Source of the DNA: Eledone cirrhosa | Taxonomy: Eukaryota | DNA length: 64,000 bases | NCBI GenBank assembly: GCA_964016885.1 | Contig: OZ024745.1 | Coordinates: 31,434,001-31,498,000, forward strand | Direction: 5' to 3' | Shown: piece after piece, positions 36,460-49,236 of the stretch | Layout: each line of letters begins with the position of its first letter | Numbering within the stretch: position 1 is the first letter of the stretch | The notes under the pieces: generated by a model | The model's database searches: none | What the model saw: only the letters and a program-made list of their open reading frames with translations | What the model was told of the DNA's origin: nothing | Position numbers and translations under genes: made by a program

Positions 36460-37070
36460 TCATCCTTACGGGGTCGATAAAATAAAGTACCAGTAATGCA
36501 CTGGTTAATTGCTGGCCTTGTGCCTAAAGTAGAAACAATTAATATTATTAGGTTTTGGCAGTATCGGTAGAGGGTCGGATGCCATGCTTTGAAGCATAGA
36601 GTTACCTCCCTGTATGATCTGAGTTCAAATCTCGCCGAGGTTAACTTCGCCTTTCATCCTTCCGGGGTCGATAAAATAAAGTACCAGTAATGCACTGGGT
36701 AATTGTTGGCCTTGTGCCAAAAGTAGAAACAATTATTAGGTTAACTTTGCCTTTCATCCTTACGGGGTCGATACAATAAAGTACCAGTAATGCACTGAGT
36801 AATTGCTGGCCTTGTGCCAAAAGTAGAAACAATTATTATTATTGGCAGTATTGGTAGAGCGTCGGACAACATTCTTGCGGTACAAAGTTACGGCCCTTTA
36901 CGTTCTGAGTTCAAATTCCGCCGTGGTTAACATTGCCTTTCATCCTTACAGAAGGCGGGGCGGGGGGGGGGGGTCGATAAAATAAGGTACCAGTAAGTAC
37001 TGGGGTCGATTTAATCGACTTTCCCCTTCCCATTGTTGGCATTGTGCCTAAATCAGAAACTATTATTATT
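36460..37070 (+). mobile_element. Tandem cluster of four tRNA-derived SINE copies/fragments upstream of DIMT1
   Basis: Core CATCCTT.CGGGGTCGATAAAATAAAGTACCAG repeats at ~36461, ~36655, ~36755 and ~36941; B boxes GAGTTCAAAT at ~36621 and ~36907. Confidence 0.85.
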
Positions 37071-37242
37071 GTTGTTGTGCATTCGTAACAAATTACTATG
37101 ATGCTGTAATATGACGGGTGAAAAAAAACAAACAAAAATACGTAACTAAGGCCGTAAATGCTATTTTCAGCTTTACTACTTTCACACGTGTTCTTTTGGA
37201 ACTAAACTGCGAAGTATTTACTGTTGACAGGCAGTATTTAAG

Positions 37243-37300
37243 ATGCCTAAAGTTAAATCTGAAAAGAAGTTTCGAAAACATGAGGATATTCAAAAACAAG
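37243..37300 (+). CDS. DIMT1: 18S rRNA dimethyladenosine transferase DIMT1, exon 1 of 12
   Basis: MPKVKSEKKFRKHEDIQKQ-G; donor AAG|GCAAGT (GC-AG intron); phase 1 matches exon 2. Confidence 0.88.
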
Positions 37301-37784
37301 GCAAGTTTTATCAGGAACTGTATTTTCTTTTTCTCAAACCTCAATTGGATACAAATGTATTCTTAAGTTTATTATCATTTTATTTATGAAAAGTTTAAAT
37401 CTGTACATGTATTTGTAGTTAGGTAAGTTACTAATGATCTGTTACAATCTCATTAGCAATAGATCTTGATATAATACCAACATATTCCGCCTGATTCACT
37501 ACATTCTTTGCGTATACACCTTAGGATTTCCTTGTTCGCTCATGCGTGTCAACAAAGTATATATACATGCACATATGTACATACACACATTACATCTCAA
37601 ACCTGCCGGCGCTAAATGGTTTTGTGGGGCTTAAGCCCCTCGAATAATGTGGAAACTTGTTGAATGATCTTAAACTTTTGTTAGTTAAACATTTATATAT
37701 TACTTTTCAAAAAAGTAATAAGTACAACTAAACAATAGAAAGCGAGCTATTGCTATACTAAGATGATAAAAAGCGTGAACTATT

Positions 37785-38560
37785 AATAATTGTTTCTACT
37801 TTTTGGCACAAGGCCAGCATAACCCAGTACATTACTGGAACTTTATTTTATCGACCCCATAAGGATGAAAGTCAAAGTTAACCTCGGCGGGATTTGAACT
37901 GAGAATGGCAAGGGCCATAACTATATGCTTCAAAGCATGGCGTCCGACCCTCTACCGATACTGCCAATTCACTAATAATAATTGTTTCTGCTTTAGGCAC
38001 AAGGCCAGCAAATGCCCAGTGCATTACTGGTACTTTATTTTATCGACCTCGTAAGGATGAAAGGCAAAGACAACCTCGGCGGGATTTGTATAGTATATAT
38101 ACTTAAGTCGCTCCAATCCCAAAACTGTAACGGAATCTATGCATCTATATATCATCTTGACGTGCTAGTTGCACAGATTGCCATGACTCTTCCTCTCCAT
38201 CCGTTTCGGTCGTCCATTGCTCGTTGCAGGTCCTCAAGATTGCACTTAGCATCCTCATATAGCTGTTTGATGTCAGGTCTGTAAGTTCTGCCCACATTAG
38301 AATACTCATGCTTTGGTGGTCTAAATATAAACATATGTATACATCACACACGTATACCAACTTCTAAAAACCCAAACGGGAAGTACCATGGAAAAAAGTG
38401 CCCCAAAACAAGGAGAAGTGAGGCAAAATGGGGAAATTTTACATAATTGTTTCTACCTTTGTCACAAGGCCAACAAATACCCAGTGCATTACTGGTACTT
38501 TATTTTATCGACTCCGTAAGGATGAAAGGCAAAGTTAACCTCGGCGGGATTTGAACTCAT
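37785..38560 (-). mobile_element. Three SINE copies/fragments plus an RTE 3' fragment in DIMT1 intron 1
   Basis: SINE core in reverse orientation at ~37790-37970, ~37980-38087 and ~38445-38560; RTE-like tail peptide DIKQLYEDAKCNLEDLQRAMDDRNGWR at 38152-38300. Confidence 0.8.
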
Positions 38561-38876
38561 GAAAGCTATACCCATTTTCACAATAGAAGATATCTTTCAT
38601 CCACCTCAAAGTGGGTGAGCGATCTCCCCGTCGGACGAAGAGAGTTGACAGGTCTGCGTACACACACGCATATTTCTGTGTGTGTTTGAAGATCTATACA
38701 TATGTTTATATTGTTTGATAACAATTAATGTTCAGATGCTAAGACAAATAAAACAAAAAACTATATTAGAATTGAAAGTGTTATCGTGTATCTAATCCTA
38801 GAAACAACATTAAACAACAAGCTTACAATACTTTTTTCAAAATATATTGATACTAAGGACATCAGAATGAATCAAG

Positions 38877-38948
38877 TTTTGGTTGTCTTTACCTTTTATA
38901 ATAATGTGTTTTTAAACACATTATTATAAAAGGTAAAGACAACCAAAA
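38877..38948. repeat. Perfect 35-bp palindrome with 2-nt spacer
   Basis: TTTTGGTTGTCTTTACCTTTTATAATAATGTGTTT-TT-AAACACATTATTATAAAAGGTAAAGACAACCAAAA. Confidence 0.95.
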
Positions 38949-39324
38949 TTATTGAAAAGAAAATTAAGATTATAACTCATCAATAAATATACGACGGCCG
39001 AAAAGTTCATAGGCTGACCAAGATACTCTCATGGAATGACTGAATGAAGTTTATTTTTCAACATAGTCCCTGGAAACAAAGCGGTTATTAAGAAGTGTTA
39101 GAGATAATGCATACAAGATTTCATGGCTCTAGCATCAATCCTTCATAGTCCACCTATGAACTTTTCAGTCCACCCGCGTAGAAGGATAAAAAGAAAATTC
39201 TAAAATGCTTGAAACTAAATTATCGAATTTCTTCTTATTTGGTAAATATTTTTATGAACCAAAAATTTGATGGCAAATTTTCAATTCAGTTTTTATATAG
39301 TTCTATAACTTTCTTCTCTTTCAG

Positions 39325-39398
39325 GAATTGCATTCAATAAAACTATTGGGCAGCATATTCTGAAGAATCCTCTTGTAGTAAAAACTATGGTAGAAAAG
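39325..39398 (+). CDS. DIMT1: DIMT1 exon 2
   Basis: (G)IAFNKTIGQHILKNPLVVKTMVEK; AG/GT boundaries. Confidence 0.95.
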
Positions 39399-39429
39399 GT
39401 AATGCATGAAAAATCTTCATCTTTGCTCA

Positions 39430-40100
39430 TCTTATTTCTGGGAGGGTTGTGAGAGCAAGATACTCCTCAAGCAAGCCTTTCTGCATTCTAATTGACCCAG
39501 CTGAATCCCCAAGTGAGACCAGCTGAGTTAATAGATGTTATCCAACCATCTTGCTTGGTGGTCTACCCCTGCCAGTTTATTTTGCTTCTAAAATCTGTTC
39601 AGTGATTCTTTTAGACATTCTGACCACATGTCCATAGCATCAGAGCTGTGATATCTCAATTCAAAGAAGTAGTGGCTCTACCTGGAGTGACTCTGATTTC
39701 TGAGCTATGCATTCTATCAAGTAACATTACTCCAAAGACCCTTCAGAGAAACCCCATTTTTTCATTAAATAGAGAAGGTATTCTCTGGCTGATTCGTGTG
39801 TGCTGGACGGCCTGAATTTCTGAAAAGGCACCTAAGCAATAGCAATTGGGAGTGATAATCCCAATTTTCACAAAGGGAGATAAGAGAGATTGCTCCAATT
39901 ATAGAGGGTTCTTGTTAAGCCTCTCCGGTGAAGTCTATGCTAAGTTTCTGACAAAGAGATGTAGGGATATTGTTGAGTCCATGCTAGCTGACATATCGTG
40001 GTTTTTGCCCCAGACTCAACATGGCTGACCAAATGTTCACACTGCAGTGGATCTTTGAGAAATTGTGGAAACATTGCTAAGAGGTGTATGCTATGCTTGT
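39430..40100. mobile_element. Degraded RTE LINE fragments in DIMT1 intron 2
   Basis: Plus-strand GVIIPIFTKGDKRDCSNYRG..LSLSGEVYAK (RT N-terminus) at 39846-40028; minus-strand 3' fragment at 39430-39760 homologous to 12090-12480. Confidence 0.75.
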
Positions 40101-40304
40101 TTCATGCAAAGTTAATTATATTAACTAAATCACTTCAAATTCTTCATTATTTTCAAAAGGTTTTGAAAATATTAGATACTGTCTTTCATTAGTAATATGG
40201 TAATGAAAGGCTTAAATTATAAAATAGCTTCATCTATTATTGCTTGTTTGATGCAATATAATTATGTTTATTTTGGTTGGGTTTTTTTGTCATTCCATTC
40301 ATAG

Positions 40305-40418
<114 letters not shown>

Positions 40419-40739
40419 TGAACTGATGTATGAAGAAACTACATTTCATGTCCCATTTTAATTGTACTGCATTGTGCCTGTGGCTAATGCATTTAACCTC
40501 CAACTGGCTTATTCCACTTAGTTCTAAATAGGCACCACATTTGGTCAAGCTCATAAAGCGAGTGGTGATTGGAAATGCATCCAACCATAAAAAAACCTGC
40601 AAAACAAGGAGCCAGGAAGACTTCTAGTGTGTCAAAGACATGACCCCTCCCTAGTGCTGGTGCCATAATAAAATGCTCTCTGCATGACATGGGAGCATAC
40701 ATGAGATTTGTTTCCACAATGGAGATTTGTTTCCTTGAT

Positions 40740-41080
40740 GGAGGCACATGGCTTAGTGGTTAGAGCATTGGGCTTGCAATCGAAAGGTTGTGAGTTCAAT
40801 TCTCAGACCGGGTGATGTGTTGTTTCCTTGAGCAAGACACTTTATTTCACATTGCTCCAGTTTACTCAGCTGTAGAAATGAGATGATAGGGACTGGGGTC
40901 CATATCATTCCACTGCAAAGTGGTCGTGTAGGTGCCACGGCAAAAAAGCACCCAGCACTCACTGTAAATGAGATTGGTGTTAGGAAGGGCATCCAGCTGT
41001 AGAAATCAAGCCAGAATCAGTTCCCATCCCACCCTTGGAAGCAGGGAAAAGCGGACGTAAAATGATGATGATGATGATGT
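40740..41080 (+). mobile_element. Full-length composite SINE (tRNA head, CORE-like domain, RTE tail)
   Basis: A box TGGCTTAGTGG, B box GAGTTCAATTC, then TCCTTGAGCAAGACACTTTATTTCAC, GTTAGGAAGGGCATCCAGCTGTAGAAA, and tail AAGCAGGGAAAAGCGGACGTAAA(ATG)n. Confidence 0.88.
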
Positions 41081-41256
41081 TTGAACCTGGGCAATACAAG
41101 CAATCATTTTACCCAGATTCATTTCTTTATATTTATTAATGCATTTATACATTTTTATGTATGTCCCTACTGTTACTGTGGCAAACATACTTCCAAATGT
41201 TTCTGTCATATGATGGGTAACACTCTAGTTTTTTAATATTACTAAATTTTCTTCAG

Positions 41257-41318
41257 GTCACCGCATGTGAAGTTGATCCCAGACTGGTGGCAGAATTACA
41301 AAAACGTATTCAAGGAAC
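41257..41318 (+). CDS. DIMT1: DIMT1 exon 4
   Basis: VTACEVDPRLVAELQKRIQG(T); AG/GT boundaries. Confidence 0.95.
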
Positions 41319-41663
41319 GTAAGTGATATCTTTTCATCTGTAAGGGCACATGTTCTGTCATTCTGTATTTACTTTTCTCCAATGACATCTCAGTTCTTAC
41401 CATTGCCTTACAATACTATTTTACAACCATGTCACCTTCTGTTTGACTGGAATTTCAACACTTTAGCATTTAAACCCGCTGTATCCGGTCAGAATTCTTT
41501 CACCTCTTTCTGTTCAAACCAGCCATAATTGGCCACTCATACTGATATTAGTGTATTGTTTTCAAAATAAATAATATGAAAATCTCATAGATTCGATATT
41601 ATGTGAGATATTGTGTAAAATAAAACCTTTACTGCGAAAATACAATAGTAAATATAGAGTAAT

Positions 41664-43611
41664 CATCATCATCATCATCATTTTACGTCCGCTTTTCCCT
41701 GCTTGCAAGGTTGGGACGAGTCCTATTCAGCACAGCATCTTTCCATTTGTCACGGTCCTTTGTCATCTCCTCAGTGAGCTTCAGCAATCTGAGGTCTGCT
41801 CTCACCACCTCCGCCCATATTTTTTGTGGTCTTCCTCTACTGCGTCTTCCTTCTACTGGCATTTCTTGGCACTTCTTTACCCAGCAATCATCCTCTATGC
41901 GCATCACATGTCCATACCATCGCAGTCTTCTCTGCCGCACACTACAACTTATCCCTCTTAAACACAGTTTCTCTCTCAACTCATCCATGCTCGGTCGTTC
42001 ATGTACATTGACATTGCAGATCCAACGGAGCATGCTTGCTTCATTTCTCTCCAACCGGCGCATATCCTCTGCAGTTGCTGCCTGTGTCTCACTACCATGT
42101 AGCATCGCACATAGGCATCATATAACCGGCCTTTCCTACGCAGGGAGAAACCCTTCTTTGTCAGCAGAGGAAGCAGCTCCCTAAACTTCTTCCAACCCAT
42201 CCTTATTCTAGATACTATGGCCTCGGAACACCCCTTCTCATGCTAATCTGATCACCTAGGTACCGGAAGCTATCAACCACTTCTATAGAACCTACCTGCA
42301 TTTGAAAAATGTGTCTATCAATGCGACTTTTACTGTCAAATTTCCCTGTACATCTATTGCATACATATTTTTCCCTACCTGTTAGTTTGCCTGCTATCCC
42401 ACTGCATTGTGTACATTTTATAGAATTTATGCCAGTTCCTTTTCTGCATATCAAACATGGCCATTCCACTGGCGGAATCAGAGTTTTGACCCCTTTTTCT
42501 ATTTATCAACACTTTTGTCTTAGCTAGGTTCATTCTCAGTCCTCTTAATTCCAACTGTTGTTTCCATAGCCAGAATTTATTCTCTAGCTCCTCTACTGAT
42601 TCTGCTATAAGAACCAGATCGTCAGCATAGAGAAGTTCCCATGGGCAGCCAGTCTTAAACTCCTCTGGCTTGAGGGACTATAATGAACAAGAGCAGGCTG
42701 AGAGCTGAACCCTGATGTACTCCTACTTGTGTCTGGAATTCCTCACTAAACTCCATTCTTACCCTCACTTTACTGACAGCACCTCTGTACAAAGCTTGCA
42801 CTGTCCTCACAAGCCATTCCTCAACACCTAGTTTCCTTAAGGACCACCAGATGACAGATCGGAGTACCCTATCAAAGGCTTTCTCTAGGTCAACAAAAGC
42901 TAAGTATAGTGGCTCATTCTTCTCTAAGAACCTCTCTTATAGTTGCCTCACTAAGAAGAGGGCATATGTTGTACATTTCCCAGGCACAAAACCAAACTGC
43001 ATCTCATCTAGTTTGACCCTTTCTCTAATTAGTTGCGCTAATATCCTTTCTGGCCACTTTCATAACCTGATCCATCAGTTTTATACCCCTATAATTGCTC
43101 CTCTCCAGAGCATCCCCTTTACCTTTGTAGCAATTTATGAGAATACTGCTGCACCAGTCTTTGGGTATGACTCCGCCATATATAGCTTGATTGATGATGC
43201 ATGCAACCAGCTTAGTGCCTACATCCCCTGATGCCTTCAGCATCTCAGCAACTATCCCCGATGGTCCAGCGGCCTTACCATTTTTCATTTCCTTAATTGC
43301 CTCTTGGACCCTATATTCGTTAATCTCAGTAGCTGGTCCCTCTGTCGGATCTACTGAGGGTAATTTCTCTCTCTCCCATTCGTTCTCCACATTCATTAGT
43401 CTCTCATAATGAAATTTCCAGGCCTCCTTTTTTGATGATTTGTGACACTAAGTACACCGGCATCATTCTGGACACAGTTATCTCCAACAACATCCTGATT
43501 TGCACTGACACACTGCTTTGCAATATGGAACACTGCACATCTCTGATCTTCCCGTCGCAGAACATTGGCAAACCTCCTACTCTCAGCCTCCCTGCATGCT
43601 AAGTACACCTA
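41664..43611 (-). mobile_element. RTE-clade LINE, 5'-truncated, inserted into a TTAA MITE (TSD AGTAAT)
   Basis: RT peptides MKNGKAAGPSGIVAEMLK..YKGKGDALERSNYRGIKL, GCPWELLYADDLVL and MLHGSET..RRLRWYGHVMR; (ATG)n 3' tail; AGTAAT at 41658-41663 and 43612-43617; multiple frameshifts. Confidence 0.92.
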
Positions 43612-44068
43612 AGTAATGTAAATGCTAAAAGGTTAAGGTATTGTTCTCAAAATAAATAATATAAAAATCTCATAGATTCGATATTATGTGAGATAAAGTG
43701 TTTACCATGAAAATACAATAGTAAATATAGAGTAATGTAAATCCTAAAGGGTTAACCAAGTCACTGGTCTTGTAAGAACTTCCAGTTACCCTCTATGTTA
43801 TAAGCATGGACAAATGGTGTTAAAATTATGATACCAATACATGAACATTTTTCATTTACTGAAAATTGAAATATAGATATTTACAGAAAATTTGCAAAAT
43901 TCAAATTCCCAACATTAGAGAAAAGTCTTCATGGAGTTAAACTGGGAGATTATTTTAGCAGTTTTGATAATTTTAATATTTAAAAAAGGAAAATAGCTGC
44001 CATCTTATACAGATAAATTTTAATAGTTGTAAAAAAAACCTGAATCTCTTCCCCAGCTTTAAACCTAA

Positions 44069-44233
<165 letters not shown>

Positions 44234-44528
44234 TAATATTCCATTATTATTCTACTACTAGTTTGAAGCACTGCCTCCGTGGAGTGAGTAGTCAATTATA
44301 TCAATCAGGTGTAACAGGAGGTAGGTACGGTGAAACAAAATATCACAAAGTATTTTTATTCAAAGCATAGATGCTGCCCCCCGCCCCATATATATGTATA
44401 TATATAGTATATATATATATGTATATGTATATGTATATATACATATATATAACGAAGGAGGTGTGGTAAAGAACCAGATGGACCATAACGCACCAGAGTA
44501 CTCAATACTTAGGGTAGTAGAGAGGGTA

Positions 44529-44661
44529 ATAGGAAAATGTTTGACCCAACGGCAGAACTCAAGCTATTTCGATGGCTATTTCTGGACTAAATTAGAATTT
44601 AGTCCAGAAATAGCCGTCAAAACTGCTTGAGCTCTGCCGTCCGGGTCGATCATTTTCCTAT
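44529..44661. repeat. Imperfect ~65-bp-arm hairpin (MITE-like, within TA repeats) in DIMT1 intron 5
   Basis: Central GGCTATTTCTGGACTAAATT-AG-AATTTAGTCCAGAAATAGCC; outer ATAGGAAAATG/CATTTTCCTAT and ACGGCAGA/TCTGCCGT. Confidence 0.9.
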
Positions 44662-44664
44662 ACA

Positions 44665-44697
<33 letters not shown>

Positions 44698-45613
44698 ATA
44701 AAGGAAATGCTGACTTAGACACAAGCCTGGGCTGGATGTTTTATGAAAGACCACAGTTGCCTCAGCATGCAAGTCTTCCTTCTCCACACCAATGTTGTCC
44801 AAGGAAAAAACAAAGGCTGATACAGCTTGGTACCAGTGTTTTTGTAACTCATTTTTACCAAAAACAGGTGAAAAAACATACAATGGCTGCAGAGAGATGA
44901 GATGATAGTTATATACTTCTTGGATATTATGTCACACGGTGGCAAAACCTGATAATCCCTACCCCACTCATAGCTAACACAGCGCACCAAGCCCTTTTAG
45001 TTTTCTGACACAGCTCATACAAAAGACCCATCCAAATGTACAAGCACTGTGATACTAAAGTAAACATGGAAAGACACCAGGAGCTAGTGTTAGCAATGAA
45101 ATGGAAACAATATAGGGTTTAAGATGGCCCTTCAGTTTGGTGGAGCATGTGACAACTTCTCTTTGGCTGGTATTGTGATAAAATGTACTCTGTAAAGTGT
45201 TAGTGTTAATGCTATGAACAAACACACCCAGCACACTGTAAAATGGTTATGATGCCATGAAAAAAATGTGCCCAAGTTACTCTGTAAAGTAGTTGGCATT
45301 AGGAAAAGCATCCAGCTGTTGAAACCATGCCAAATATAGAACATAGAGCAAGATGATCTCACTCCAACCTGTCTAGTCTTGGATCATGACAACCCATCCA
45401 ACCTTTGCCAGTGTGGAAAGCAGGCATAAAATGATGAAACTATGAGTAATGCCTCCTTTGCTCTTGCTCTTATTTGTTTATTAATCTATTAATGGACAAC
45501 AAATCCTTGTTCATTTCAGTTGTACTTGTCTGATAAGTGACTTGATCTGACACATGTTGAAACTTAAACAGTTTACATGGAAGGGTCATTTTAGCCATTT
45601 TAAAAATCAGAAA

Positions 45614-45767
45614 CCAGTCCCTATCATCTCATTTCTACAGCTGAGTAAACTGGAGCAATGTAAAATAAAGTGTCTTGCTCAAGGAAACAACACATCACCC
45701 GGTCTGAGAATTGAACTCACAACCTTTCGATTGCAAGGCCAATGCTCTAACCACTAAGCCATGTGCC
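45614..45767 (-). mobile_element. SINE head fragment, inverted near-identical copy of 40743-40896
   Basis: 154 bp, 2 mismatches on direct comparison. Confidence 0.9.
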
Positions 45768-46408
45768 ACCTTTATATATATCATTTATTTCTTAGTATTG
45801 AAATTTTCATTGTACTCTCTACCACCTGGTTGCTGACACAGTTCCACTGCAAATCCTTGTTCAGTTCTTGGCATTCATGCTTACCATATATACTTGAATA
45901 TAAGCTGACTGCACTATTTTATGTCTGAGAAATGGACAAAAATCCAAACCTTACTTATATAGAATTTGAAGTTGGTGAAAAATCATCAAAATATTGACCC
46001 CGAATATATACCCACCGGTCCTTCTACCATGAATTTTTGGTCATATTTCTTCACTTATATTCAAGTATATATAGTATATTCCTGAAATTTAAAACTTTCT
46101 TCCATAATTTCATATTTGCCTCATCTCTTTCGTAATATTCCCCCTCCATACACACTTAGTGTGTATATCATGACTCACACACTCTTCACTTTCCTATGTT
46201 TTGTACATTATTTTATGTACTATACATGCACTTTTGATGAGTTGTAGTGCACCTGAGCACTGTACACAATAATTTTCATTATTATTATTAATTACTGTTG
46301 ACTCTCAGTGGTCAATTAATCATTTAAGGAAAGTATTTTGAAGTTTTACAAAATTGCTTGCCTTTTGTGTATTTTAATTTACTTTATCTCCTATTATTCA
46401 CATTTTAG

Positions 46409-46458
46409 ATTTCATCACCATTTGTATTCAAACTGTTGTTACACAGACCTTTCTTTAG
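46409..46458 (+). CDS. DIMT1: DIMT1 exon 6
   Basis: ISSPFVFKLLLHRPFF(R); AG/GT boundaries. Confidence 0.95.
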
Positions 46459-46786
46459 GTGAGGAACTCTTTTCTTCATTTCTTTTCATTCATTTTACTC
46501 ATTTAATATTTTTTGTGATTATTTTTCTGTCTCTTGTCACTTTGTATTTGACATGGCTAGTGCAGGCAGTGTAAACTGAACTCCAGCAGTTCAACTGTGC
46601 ATAAGTCCACACCTTACTTAAACAAAAAACAAGTGTTAACATTGGAAGGGTATCCAGCTATAGAATTGTTTTGTACAATCCATGCCAGCATGAAAAAATT
46701 GATGATCATGTTGTGGGGTGGTGATCATCATCATAGGTCTTGCTTCTGAGAGAAAATAAGTAATCCCTTTATATTATTTTTCTTAA

Positions 46787-46942
<156 letters not shown>

Positions 46943-47734
46943 TAGCCCATCCTGTCTCTTTCTCACTCTCTCTGTTTGTTAATAAGTTTGAAGAGGATAG
47001 ACAATGCCCATTACCTTTTCAAAACCTTTTAGGATGTTGATAAGTGGGTATGGTTATAGCTCCGTTTGAGATTAATTTTTTGTGAAAAAGTTTGGAAGTT
47101 GCTGAAGAATGATGTTTTAGGGAATAAAGATGGGGGGAAATTTCTTAACTCTTAACATCCTGTAATGGTTTAGCCAAAAAATATCTAAAAACAGGCTTGT
47201 TAATTCAACTATTTATAGTATCTTTATTATTGAATAGATTGTTGTGAAAATGTGCAGTATTAGGATAAAGACTTTAATTTTTTCACATGATGCAATCTTG
47301 ATACTGGCAGGTGTAGGATCAGTCAGCTGGAATTTGTGGACGAAGTTGTACTACTTAACTCATAAGAAGGTGGTCGCCAACATGCACTTGATAGATTTGC
47401 TACTGAATCAAAAAATCAGTCCTGCAAAGACTGAGACACTCATTCTCTCAAGGAAGCCTGCACAGTGCACTCTACATGTGAGTGAAGTTCCACTGAAGCT
47501 GGTGGAAAAGTTCAAGTATCTTGGGGCAGTGTTGGTCTGAGCATAGAATTTCTATTTCTTTTCTTTTGTCTCTCAAATTCTGTTTCGAAAAACACAACTC
47601 TGTGTCTACATTTTACAATTTCAACTGATTTGTATTAATTTAAAAAATATACAAAATGATTGACTATTTGAAGTGAGCAATAACACAGGATGATATTACA
47701 AGAGATTGACATAATATATTATTATTATTATTAG

Positions 47735-48166
<432 letters not shown>

Positions 48167-48508
48167 TAATTTTCAAAATTATCAACAATTATGAGAGCTT
48201 TAATCAAATAAGAGACATTTAACATACGAGGGTCGGCTGAAAAGTTCATAGATAGACCAAGATACTCTCATGGAATGACCAAATGAGGTTTATTTTTCAA
48301 CATAGTTCCAGGAAAGAAACAATGCAGTTTTTAATAAGAAGAATTGAAATTAATGCATGCAAAATTTCACAGCTCTGACATCGCTCCTTCATAGTCAGTC
48401 TATGAACTTATTTCAACACTTTTATCGAAGCGGGGTGATGTTGAAAGATTTAAAGTTCTTTCCAGATTGATATTTTGATGATCATCTTTCTTTTTCTATT
48501 CATCAAAG

Positions 48509-48573
48509 GAATGGGATGCCATGATTAAAATCTGTTTTACTAGGAAGAACAAAACACTTGGTGCAGCATTCAA
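48509..48573 (+). CDS. DIMT1: DIMT1 exon 9
   Basis: EWDAMIKICFTRKNKTLGAAF(K); AG/GT boundaries. Confidence 0.95.
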
Positions 48574-49172
48574 GTAAGTAAAACCATAGTTTTCTTTAGT
48601 AAGGTAATGGTACTGGTGCCGCAACAAAAAGTATCCAGTCCACCCAGTACAGTAGGGGTACTGGTGCCACAACAAAAAGCACCCAGTCCACCCAGTAAGA
48701 TGGCAGTGCTGCTGTCACAAAAAAAAGCTTCCTGTGCATGCTGTAAAATGATTGTTGTTAGGAAGGGCTTCTGAGCCAAAAATGAAATGCATGAACAAGA
48801 TGTAGTCACCTGACCTGTCTAGCCTCATAACGTGACAGTCCATCTGACCCATGCAAGTATGACAAATAAATGTTAAAGTGATGATGATGACAGCACAAGG
48901 TGATGTGGGGATTGGAGGAGTATTGACACTTATCTCTTTTGATACCAAACCACTTGAAGATTCTCCTGGTTCTATGATACAAAACTTTATTTTTAAATGT
49001 TTATATTTATCTAAAAACCTTCCATCGTAATTTTATGTAAGAAACTTTGTTAAGTTATTTTCCAAACACCAGCTTAATTATGATTCAACTAGGGAGTATC
49101 CACATTTTATGGTTTACTTCATAGTCACATGATTGAAAACTTCTTAAAACTACTGAATTTTTTTATTTTCAG

Positions 49173-49236
49173 AGTGTCTTCTGTGCTTGATTCTCTTCAA
49201 AAGAATTATGAAATGTATTGTTCCATGAAAAATAAG
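49173..49236 (+). CDS. DIMT1: DIMT1 exon 10
   Basis: VSSVLDSLQKNYEMYCSMKNK; AG/GT boundaries, phase consistent. Confidence 0.9.

Noticed and set aside
19034-37242. Idea that CFAP46 is nested in an intron of a neighbour
   Set aside because: The upstream gene stops at 19033 and the DIMT1 CDS starts at 37243, so CFAP46 is intergenic unless there are unseen UTR exons.
40740-40815. tRNA gene
   Set aside because: A/B boxes run straight into a SINE body; no complete cloverleaf or oligo-T terminator. The same holds for other SINE heads.
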